From: Candidatus Saccharimonadota bacterium
Lineage (GTDB): Bacteria; Patescibacteriota; Saccharimonadia; Saccharimonadales; Saccharimonadaceae
DNA length: 32,000 nt
Assembly: GCF_025273655.1 (NCBI RefSeq)
Contig: NZ_CP045921.1
Location: forward strand, 990,001 to 1,022,000
Direction of reading: 5' to 3'
This document shows positions 17,937-24,744 of this stretch, in pieces. How positions within the stretch are numbered: position 1 is the first letter of the stretch; every line of letters starts with the position of its first letter. Below the pieces are notes generated by a model that worked only from the letters and a program-made list of their open reading frames with translations, did not search any database and was not told the origin of the DNA. The translations under genes were made by a program, and so were the position numbers.

Positions 17937-20111
17937 ATGTGGTGTCACCTCCCCACTGGTATTAGTCGACGTCGACTGCTGCAGTTCGTAGCAGTAGCAT
18001 CGCTTGCTATAGCGTTTTTCACAACGCTAGTATTTGCGCATGCGACGCAAGCCGCCGAGGGCGTCAATCAGACTCTCAGTTTTCAGGGGCGTCTGGCACA
18101 ATCTACCGGTGCACTCGTACCAGACGGCCACTACAACATTCAGTTCAAGATCTACCAGGACGGCGCGGGCACAAGCGCGGGCAATCCTGGCGGCAGCTTG
18201 AAATGGACCGAAACCTACATCAACAACAATGGCGACCAAGGTGTCGACGTCAAAAACGGCTACTTCTCTGTCACGCTCGGCTCGAAGAATCCGTTTGGCA
18301 ACCAAATCGACTGGAATCAAGACACGCTCTGGCTCTCAATGAACGTCGCCGGTAAAGATAATACCTGTACAACGTTTGGTAGCGGCAGCTGTACGGCAGA
18401 CGGCGAGATGCTACCCATGAAACGCATGACAGCAACACCATTCGCCATCAACTCTGCGCAGCTGGGTGGCAAAACAGCTGACAATTTCATTCAACTCGCA
18501 CAAGGAGTCCAAGAAGATGCAAGCAGTAACACTCCTAGCATCGCGATCAACAAGACAGGTAGCGGTAACTTCTTGCAACTGCAAAACAACGGAGTCAACG
18601 AGCTGAGTGTCACTGGCTCTGGCAATCTCGAATTTGGTAACGCCCAGGATCACGCAATTTATGTAGGTGGTGCTGGCGAAAACACAAATGGCAAGAATCT
18701 TACTCTATTCGCAGGCTGGGGTGGATGGGGTACATCGGGCGGCAACGGAGGTACACTGTTTCTACAGGGCGGCGGTGCGGGCGGCGACGGCAACTCTAAC
18801 GGAGGAGATGTTGTGATTACGGGTGGCTCCAAGACGGGCAATGGCTCGTCTGGAAGTATATTCCTCGGCGCAGATAGCACCAGCAATATCCAGGTGGGTA
18901 GTGCAAACCTCGGTAATGGCACACAGACTATCAATATCGGCAATAATTCTTCGGGTGGTACAACAAATATCACTATAGGTAGTGGCAGTGGTGCATCAGG
19001 TGGCTCGACAAAAATTCAATCAAAAGATACTGTCGCCGTATCTACCGATGGCGTAGACCGTGCAACATTCGATAGCAATGGCAATCTCTATCTAGGCAAT
19101 GGAGTCAGCAGTAGCAATCCGTCCGACTTCAAGATTCAAGGTACCGACAGTACAGCCAGCGGCGTGAGTGGCGGTGACCTAACAATACAAGGTGGTGGCG
19201 CCACAACCGGCAACACAAACGGTGGTAACCTGGTTCTGAACGGTGGAAGTGCAAATGGCACTGGCACAAACGGATCTGTTTCGATTGGTACTTCAAACAC
19301 GGGTGATGTCAACATTGGATCATCCTCAGGAGGCAAGGTTAATATCCAAAGTGGCACCGACGGAGTCACCGTTCAGTCCGGTGGCGTCGTAAGCGTCTCA
19401 TTCAACACTGCAAACGTTCAGGTTGGCGACGGTAGTGCATCAGGAGTACCTACTGTACTCACACTAGACAAAGCGTCTGCAGCACCAAATCTTGATCCTT
19501 CGATGGTGGGCAGTATGTATTACGATACGACCCTTGGCAAGGTGCAGTGCTACGAAGCCAATGGCTGGGGTGCTTGTGGTGCCGCGCCAGACACATTCGT
19601 ATCATTATCTCCAGAATATGCAGGCGCGATTGTCTCGGGTAGTGGTACGGGTACCATGTCGACAGATATCTGCTCAAACGACCTGGGCGTCAATACTTCT
19701 ATCTGTAATACCCACGAGACATATAATTTCTACAAATGGACCACAACGTCCTCCACATCACAGTTCAAAGTCATCTATGCCACATATCAACTACCAACTA
19801 ACTTCGATAAGTTCGTGGGCGGTTCAACTTCACTGATGGGTAAGACGGACAGCACCAACTCCCAGGTTTCTTACTACCTATACAGAGTTAAGGGTGATGG
19901 CAGTGGTACGGTTGCCTGCAACTCCACGGAATTCTTCGTATCTACTGGCGATCAGTCTACTTGGCAAAAGGGTGTTGGCACAGGCACGGCAGATCCCGCT
20001 AACTGTGGTTTTGTAGCCGGAGATCGCATCATGTTCAAGATCCCACTTGGCTCAAAGAGCAATGCAAATGCATACGCCAGCGACCTCAACTTTGCCTATA
20101 GCCTCAAGTAG
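17937..20111 (+). CDS. Large secreted Gly/Asn/Ser/Thr-rich beta-helix (tail-fibre/adhesin-like) surface protein
   Basis: After the ATG start, the signal peptide is RRRLLQFVAVASLAIAFFTTLVFAHATQA. The N-terminal module is LSFQGRLAQSTGALVPDGHYNIQFKIYQD...WTETY...VKNGYFSVTLG. The central part holds degenerate G-rich repeats (GGNGGTLFLQGGGAGGDGNSNGGDVVITGG...). The C-terminal module contains MYYDTTLGKVQCYEANGWGACG. Confidence 0.85.
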   Translation: MWCHLPTGISRRRLLQFVAVASLAIAFFTTLVFAHATQAAEGVNQTLSFQGRLAQSTGALVPDGHYNIQFKIYQDGAGTSAGNPGGSLKWTETYINNNGDQGVDVKNGYFSVTLGSKNPFGNQIDWNQDTLWLSMNVAGKDNTCTTFGSGSCTADGEMLPMKRMTATPFAINSAQLGGKTADNFIQLAQGVQEDASSNTPSIAINKTGSGNFLQLQNNGVNELSVTGSGNLEFGNAQDHAIYVGGAGENTNGKNLTLFAGWGGWGTSGGNGGTLFLQGGGAGGDGNSNGGDVVITGGSKTGNGSSGSIFLGADSTSNIQVGSANLGNGTQTINIGNNSSGGTTNITIGSGSGASGGSTKIQSKDTVAVSTDGVDRATFDSNGNLYLGNGVSSSNPSDFKIQGTDSTASGVSGGDLTIQGGGATTGNTNGGNLVLNGGSANGTGTNGSVSIGTSNTGDVNIGSSSGGKVNIQSGTDGVTVQSGGVVSVSFNTANVQVGDGSASGVPTVLTLDKASAAPNLDPSMVGSMYYDTTLGKVQCYEANGWGACGAAPDTFVSLSPEYAGAIVSGSGTGTMSTDICSNDLGVNTSICNTHETYNFYKWTTTSSTSQFKVIYATYQLPTNFDKFVGGSTSLMGKTDSTNSQVSYYLYRVKGDGSGTVACNSTEFFVSTGDQSTWQKGVGTGTADPANCGFVAGDRIMFKIPLGSKSNANAYASDLNFAYSLK

Positions 20112-20173
20112 GACTGGGTTCCCCGCGTATAGATGGTTATGCTACACTTTATAGAGAGAAGTTAAGACAGCAC

Positions 20174-20196
20174 GCGCCCAGCTATAGCACGGGCGC
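20174..20196 (+). terminator. Possible terminator hairpin after the 724-aa gene
   Basis: GCGCCC (20174-20179) pairs with GGGCGC (20191-20196) across an 11-nt loop. No U-tract follows, so this call is weak. Confidence 0.35.
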
Positions 20197-20225
20197 AAGA
20201 TGACCCCTCTATAGAGATATACCGC

Positions 20226-20894
20226 GTGGAGTTCAAACGACAAGCCAAGAAGCCGACCACAACGCCCCCTTCACCTGCGGCGCCTGTTTTGACGCAACCT
20301 CCAGCCCAGACCAAAGATACACATATTCATATTAGTATTGATCTCGGACGATTTACTAGATTTACTCGACCATCCGTGGCCGCTATACACCAACTTACGC
20401 ACGATAGGCGTGCAATTATCGCCGTTACAGCTGTTATTCTTTTAGTAGCGGGGGGCGCCTCATATTACATAGTCCACAGGTCAACCGCTCAAAAAGAAAA
20501 AGAAGTACCCGCACTCAACAAGCTTGAGTACCAGACCCTGACGCCGCACGGAAAACCAACTGAACAACTTGGCGGCTGGCATCGAGTCAGTCCACCCGAG
20601 AGTACACCAGTCTATGCTTATATTGACACAATAGATGGAGTTAGCGCGACAGTGAGCCAGCAGCCACTACCAGATCAGTTTATCGAGGGTACTGATGCGC
20701 AACTTGCGGAGCTAGCAAAAAGTTTTGGCGCTACGAACGAAATCAAAGCAGACGGGATCAAGGTATATGTCGGCACATCCGCCAAGGGTCCGCAGTCAGC
20801 CATCCTTATTAAAGATGGGCTACTGATACTGATCAAATCCCAAAGCAAAGTTAGCGACGAGGCTTGGGCGCGCTACGCAGAATCACTCAAATAA
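20226..20894 (+). CDS. Single-pass membrane protein of unknown function
   Basis: The GTG start is followed by a Pro/Thr-rich N-terminus and a TM helix (AIIAVTAVILLVAGGASYYIV). An approximately 130-aa extracytoplasmic domain ends ...LLILIKSQSKVSDEAWARYAESLK. I assign no confident family. Confidence 0.65.
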   Translation: MEFKRQAKKPTTTPPSPAAPVLTQPPAQTKDTHIHISIDLGRFTRFTRPSVAAIHQLTHDRRAIIAVTAVILLVAGGASYYIVHRSTAQKEKEVPALNKLEYQTLTPHGKPTEQLGGWHRVSPPESTPVYAYIDTIDGVSATVSQQPLPDQFIEGTDAQLAELAKSFGATNEIKADGIKVYVGTSAKGPQSAILIKDGLLILIKSQSKVSDEAWARYAESLK

Positions 20895-20920
20895 AAACCC
20901 GGCATAATTACCGGGGGTTT
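20893..20920. terminator. Bidirectional terminator between convergent genes
   Basis: aaaaaCCCGG-cataatta-CCGGGggttt has an A-tract on one side and a T-tract on the other. It lies between the stops at 20894 (+) and 20939 (-). Confidence 0.65.
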
Positions 20921-20938
20921 ATACTGGGGTAAAGCCTC

Positions 20939-21541
20939 TTATTTTGAACCTTTGTACTGATCAATCGACTGCGCGACCTTGCCATCTGGTTTGATGTTTT
21001 CGTAAAACAAGACCTGATCTTTACTGATCACCATAGCATCTTCAGGGCCGTGAATCTCGTCGCCAAGCTTGATAAGTTGCACCTTACTCTGATCTTGGTT
21101 CTGCTTGTCGGTTGTCTGTTGTGGATTACTCTGATCTTGAGTGGCTGTCTGCTGACTCTGGAGGTAATAGATATCTGTCAGTTTGAGGTATTCACCATTC
21201 AGTGTCTGGAGTTTACCAAAATACACTTGCCCATTCGTGAAGAACACCGCTTGGTACTTGTCGCTGTCGATAGCAGGTGAACCAGTACCTCCGGGCTTGA
21301 ACCAGGCAAACCAGGCAGTGACCAGGAGTGCTATCACGAGTAGCACTGTGATAATTGGCCATACGATACGCATAACACCTTTTTTTGACTCTGGTGGGCG
21401 CTGGGTAGAACCGCGATATACAGATTTGGCCTCTTCTCGTACGGGTTGTGGCTCCTCCGACTGATGATGTGTTTGCGAAGATGGCGCGGCTGCAGCTCTC
21501 CGTTCTGTCGGCCGTGACCCACGAATTGGTCCCACATCCAT
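20939..21541 (-). CDS. Single-pass membrane protein of unknown function with a Gln/Thr-rich linker
   Basis: The ATG at 21541 is preceded by GGGAG. A basic, disordered N-terminus is followed by a TM helix (IVWPIITVLLVIALLVTAWFAWF). The extracytoplasmic domain is YQAVFFTNGQVYFGKLQTLNGEYLKLTDIYYLQ...VQLIKLGDEIHGPEDAMVISKDQVLFYENI. Confidence 0.7.
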   Translation of the reverse strand: MDVGPIRGSRPTERRAAAAPSSQTHHQSEEPQPVREEAKSVYRGSTQRPPESKKGVMRIVWPIITVLLVIALLVTAWFAWFKPGGTGSPAIDSDKYQAVFFTNGQVYFGKLQTLNGEYLKLTDIYYLQSQQTATQDQSNPQQTTDKQNQDQSKVQLIKLGDEIHGPEDAMVISKDQVLFYENIKPDGKVAQSIDQYKGSK

Positions 21542-21667
21542 GTGTATTTTTTCTCCCGTAAACTTATGCCTATCTATTGTTACCTATCATACCATAAGAG
21601 GCTTTGCGAGCACAATCACTGAAAGTACTACCCGTGATACAAATACGATATCCAGGGCAGTATCTGA

Positions 21668-21691
21668 CATAGGTACACCGGTGTACCTATG
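21668..21691. repeat. Perfect 24-bp palindrome
   Basis: cataggtacaccggtgtacctatg is its own reverse complement. It lies in the non-coding gap at the compositional boundary. Confidence 0.9.
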
Positions 21692-21715
21692 AAAAAACAC
21701 CCTCTAAGGGGGTGT
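21692..21715 (-). terminator. Rho-independent terminator (minus strand)
   Basis: The minus strand reads ACACCC-ccttaga-GGGTGT followed by TTTTTTC. Confidence 0.6.
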
Positions 21716-21836
21716 CATTTCATGGCTCCCCATACAGGTCACGGAACTATTACAGGGGTCGGAGGATACAAAACGAGACAAATGAGACACGAAACGGCAT
21801 ATCTGAGCAATGTCTCATTTTATGACTTTTATTAGC

Positions 21837-21864
21837 AAAAGAGGCTCAAATTGAGCCTCTTTTT
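21837..21864. terminator. Bidirectional terminator directly after the hsp20 stop
   Basis: aaaaGAGGCTCAaatTGAGCCTCttttt has flanking A4 and T5 tracts. It lies 17 nt downstream of the stop at 21881. Confidence 0.75.
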
Positions 21865-21880
21865 AGCTAACTGCCTGGAC

Positions 21881-22306
21881 TTATTTCTTCTTCGCAGAAA
21901 TAGCAATTTTCTTTGGTTCAGGAAGTGGTGTAAGCGGTACGCTAACCTTCAATACCCCATCATCGAGATGTGCTTCGATCTTCTCAGCATCTGCTCTCTT
22001 AGGAAGGGCTATACGGCGATAAAAGCTACTCGAACTCTCACGCACAACATACTGTTTGCCTTTGTCCTCTTCTTTTTCATGCCTTTCAGCACTAATGACT
22101 AAAGCGCCATTCTCAACTTCGATATTTATATCCTTTTGTTCGAAGTTTGGCAGATGTGCTTCAACAATAAGGTTATTGTCTTTTGTGAAGACATCTGTAG
22201 TAGGGATTGTCACACCCTTTAGTTGAGAAGCCCAATCATCACCAAAGAACTGCTTTTGTAGTGCAGTTAGCTCTGCAAACGGATCCCATCTTACGAGATT
22301 ACTCAT
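21881..22306 (-). CDS. hsp20: Hsp20/alpha-crystallin family small heat-shock protein
   Basis: The N-terminus is WDPFAELTALQKQF. The alpha-crystallin domain is PTTDVFTKDNNLIVEAHLPNFEQKDINIEVENGALVISAERHEKEE...FYRRIALPKRADAEKIEAHLDDGVLKVSVP. The SD AAAGGAGA precedes the ATG. Confidence 0.93.
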   Translation of the reverse strand: MSNLVRWDPFAELTALQKQFFGDDWASQLKGVTIPTTDVFTKDNNLIVEAHLPNFEQKDINIEVENGALVISAERHEKEEDKGKQYVVRESSSSFYRRIALPKRADAEKIEAHLDDGVLKVSVPLTPLPEPKKIAISAKKK

Positions 22307-22368
22307 ATAATTCTCCTTTCATCATTAGTGTTAATGGTTTCCAGAGAAGCATAAAAGCTTCTATGTTC

Positions 22369-22397
22369 AGTATAGAAAATTAGCACTCTCATGTCAA
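22369..22397 (-). promoter_or_regulatory. Sigma70-type promoter of hsp20
   Basis: The minus strand reads TTGACA (22397-22392), a 17-nt spacer, then TATACT (22374-22369). This is near-consensus in both sequence and spacing, and lies about 60 nt upstream of the hsp20 ATG. Confidence 0.75.
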
Positions 22398-22406
22398 GAG
22401 TGCTAA
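22380..22406 (-). promoter_or_regulatory. CIRCE operator (HrcA binding site)
   Basis: TTAGCACTC-N9-GAGTGCTAA matches the CIRCE inverted-repeat consensus exactly. The -35 hexamer sits inside the 9-nt spacer. Confidence 0.9.
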
Positions 22407-22409
22407 TTA

Positions 22410-23858
22410 TTAAACTAGGCGTATTTTACGCTCACGGCTGTCTTTACGAACCTTTGCCATTTTCTTGTCTTCACCAAACTTGAAATCATAGTTTCGGATG
22501 AACTTTGGGACTGATTCATCGTTATCTCGCATAGGTATGAATACTCTAAGTAAGGGGTTCATTTCCCCAGACAATACCGGTATGCTTGTTGGCTTAACGA
22601 TACCGCTCTTGAGTGTGATCTCAGCTGGTACACTGCCCAGCATCAACTTATCGAAATATACGAGTACTGATTCACGCATATCACGGTTATAGAACTCGTC
22701 TTTTGGCTTGGTTGTTGATACTGTTGGTTCTTTAGGCTCTGCTTTAGGAATGTAGCCGTTCTTCATACGTTGTTCGACCAGTTTTCGTATTTCTTCTTCA
22801 CTTTCGTAAGCCCGCAAGCTTCCTGACAAGAATCCGAGCCTGTAACTTACACCAGCACTCATTACTCGCCAGTTAGTATCCTCCAGAGCCTTCTCTATGG
22901 CTTTATGCAGGTCTTTCTTGCTTTGGTACTCTTCACGTTCGTCTTTGGTATCAAGGCAGCTGAAATCTAGTGATACTTCACGACCAATCTGTGGATCGCC
23001 AAGCTTAAAGTCGCTATAGCCCTCTTTAGTAAAGATTGGCTCGAGTAACTCCTTGAGTTGGACTATTTTGAGCTTCTTTACCTGTTTAATACCGTCATGC
23101 ACATCAACATGCTGTACTTTATCCTCGGCTGTGGCATGAAGTTTCGCCATTCTTTCAAAGTGTCTCAGCTTCTGGTCGTATTTGAAGATCATATCTTTAT
23201 CGAAAACGAAGCGTTTACGGTCGAGTTCTAGGTAAGGATCAACGGGTTCGGGCTCTTTCTTATCAGAGGATAGATCAAGTGTATCTGTTTTAACGTGCTT
23301 ACATTTCTCGCAGGTCTCAGTCCATGTAATAACATCGAACTCTTTGGTGGTCTTTGAGGTCGTATTACCACCGCATTTCTCACATTCATGCTTTGCACCT
23401 TCCCACTGCGTACCGTCTTCCCAAAGAGCCATACGCTTATTGCATTCTACGCATTCAAACATGATTAGGATGTCATCATCTTTGCGGCTATCACGGCGCA
23501 TATAGTCTTTGCTGATAACTCGCATGTCTTTACCGCAACTACGACAGTAAGTACCGCCTGAGATATGTGCTGAGGCTAAGCGGTTGTCTTTCTTCTCATC
23601 TTCCGCCACCCATTTTGCGATAGTAGCCTCCCGATTTTCAGCTCGTTCGGCTGCTGCCGATTCAACAAACCAAAAATAGTACAGGCTATACTGCAGATAC
23701 CAACCCGGCAACTTTTCAGTCAGCTCCTTTTTGGGGAGCTTCTTTTCCATGATCTTGAACGTATCATTTACGATTCGCTCACCGGAACGGCATTTGACTA
23801 CGGTACCGTCATCATAACGATCTTCGTAATACTTTTTGTCTTTTAGGTTCGTATACAT
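22410..23858 (-). CDS. Hypothetical protein with two CxxC...CxxC zinc-ribbon modules (cassette gene 4)
   Basis: The 482-aa protein has two cysteine quartets: C105-x2-C108...C136-x2-C139 and C159-x2-C162...C183-x2-C186 (YCRSCGKDM...ECVECNKRM; ECEKCGGN...TCEKCKHV). The remainder is charged, mixed alpha/beta sequence with no motif I recognise. Confidence 0.8.
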   Translation of the reverse strand: MYTNLKDKKYYEDRYDDGTVVKCRSGERIVNDTFKIMEKKLPKKELTEKLPGWYLQYSLYYFWFVESAAAERAENREATIAKWVAEDEKKDNRLASAHISGGTYCRSCGKDMRVISKDYMRRDSRKDDDILIMFECVECNKRMALWEDGTQWEGAKHECEKCGGNTTSKTTKEFDVITWTETCEKCKHVKTDTLDLSSDKKEPEPVDPYLELDRKRFVFDKDMIFKYDQKLRHFERMAKLHATAEDKVQHVDVHDGIKQVKKLKIVQLKELLEPIFTKEGYSDFKLGDPQIGREVSLDFSCLDTKDEREEYQSKKDLHKAIEKALEDTNWRVMSAGVSYRLGFLSGSLRAYESEEEIRKLVEQRMKNGYIPKAEPKEPTVSTTKPKDEFYNRDMRESVLVYFDKLMLGSVPAEITLKSGIVKPTSIPVLSGEMNPLLRVFIPMRDNDESVPKFIRNYDFKFGEDKKMAKVRKDSRERKIRLV

Positions 23859-23876
23859 CTGTACTAAACTCCAACT

Positions 23877-24743
23877 CTAGCAAGTATTGTTAGTTCTTTG
23901 AGCAAGCTCAATTTTCTTAAAGATTAGACCATTGTGACTATTTAACCCACCACTACATTCGAGCAAATGGATCATGTCTTCCGTGTGCTTGTTAGCATTA
24001 GTAATCATATCCTCTATAGCCTCATCACCAACTTGCTCCACTCCAAGTATCCACACCGTTTCTTTCACGTAGTTCTGCGGATATATCTTCAGAACATGGT
24101 AATACTTACTAGAAACTTTTAGATACATGTGAATTACTTCTGCTAAAAGATCTAGCATTTCTTTTGCTGGTCGGAGATCATGTTTAAATTTGCGAGACAA
24201 AGTGTGCGTTACATATGTCATACCCTCCTCAGCCCTTTGACCAGTAGTAACTTTATAGTACTTACCGTCTTTTGGTTGGTGGAATGCAAAAGCCTGATAC
24301 GGTTCGACACGCTTTAAATATAGGTTAGATATTTTTGATAAGTGGTCTTTGGCCAAAGGAAATAACGGCTCAATGACTTTTTTCTCATCTTCACTAACCT
24401 TGTGTTCGTACTTGTCGTAATAATACGACTCGTAGTCTTCTATGTTTAAATCTCTAACTGATTCCAAATATGCGTTTGCAAGAGCTGGCTCCTGCCTTGA
24501 AAATAGTAAACGAAGATGTAAGAACATTGAGTCAACGCAGGAAAAGTATATTTGGAAGAATACAGCACAGGTATTACAGTTCCTGCCTTTAATATGCCCA
24601 TGACCAGCCTTAGAATTAGCCCATACTTCAACTAACACATTCGCTACAATCAGTTTCTCGACACACTCTCGGTATACATCTAAAAGATAGCGGTGAGTCT
24701 TTTCATCTCCGAAGAATTTTTCATTTATTTCTTCGACTTTCAT
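23877..24743 (-). CDS. Hypothetical helical protein (cassette gene 3)
   Basis: The ATG at 24743 lies 1 nt after the stop of the 1186-aa gene (TAA-C-ATG). The track's TTG at 24758 would overlap by 14 nt. The 288-aa protein has no signal peptide or TM helix and no recognisable catalytic motif. Confidence 0.75.
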   Translation of the reverse strand: MKVEEINEKFFGDEKTHRYLLDVYRECVEKLIVANVLVEVWANSKAGHGHIKGRNCNTCAVFFQIYFSCVDSMFLHLRLLFSRQEPALANAYLESVRDLNIEDYESYYYDKYEHKVSEDEKKVIEPLFPLAKDHLSKISNLYLKRVEPYQAFAFHQPKDGKYYKVTTGQRAEEGMTYVTHTLSRKFKHDLRPAKEMLDLLAEVIHMYLKVSSKYYHVLKIYPQNYVKETVWILGVEQVGDEAIEDMITNANKHTEDMIHLLECSGGLNSHNGLIFKKIELAQRTNNTC

Positions 24744-24744
24744 G

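Noticed and set aside
18659-19369. Pro-rich minus-strand ORFs (104 and 77 aa) lie inside the 724-aa gene.
   Set aside because: They are the complement of the Gly-rich (GGN) repeats and so read as CCN. This is a composition artefact.
18660-19370. The repetitive-looking DNA was checked as a possible tandem repeat or CRISPR-like array.
   Set aside because: The repeats are degenerate at the nucleotide level and show no constant repeat/spacer periodicity. They are in frame within a long ORF, so this is protein-level Gly-rich repetition.
21716-21836. I checked for a possible tRNA or tmRNA at the compositional boundary, as an island attachment site.
   Set aside because: I could not fold a cloverleaf. 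There is no GGTTCRANYC T-loop box and no CCA-proximal acceptor pairing. The region is kept only as a candidate small-RNA or structured region.
23877-24743. I considered a HEPN/Abi-type RNase assignment for the 288-aa protein.
   Set aside because: No Rx4-6H motif is present. The closest matches are RKFKH (Rx3H) and RVEPYQAFAFH (Rx9H). The assignment would be speculation.
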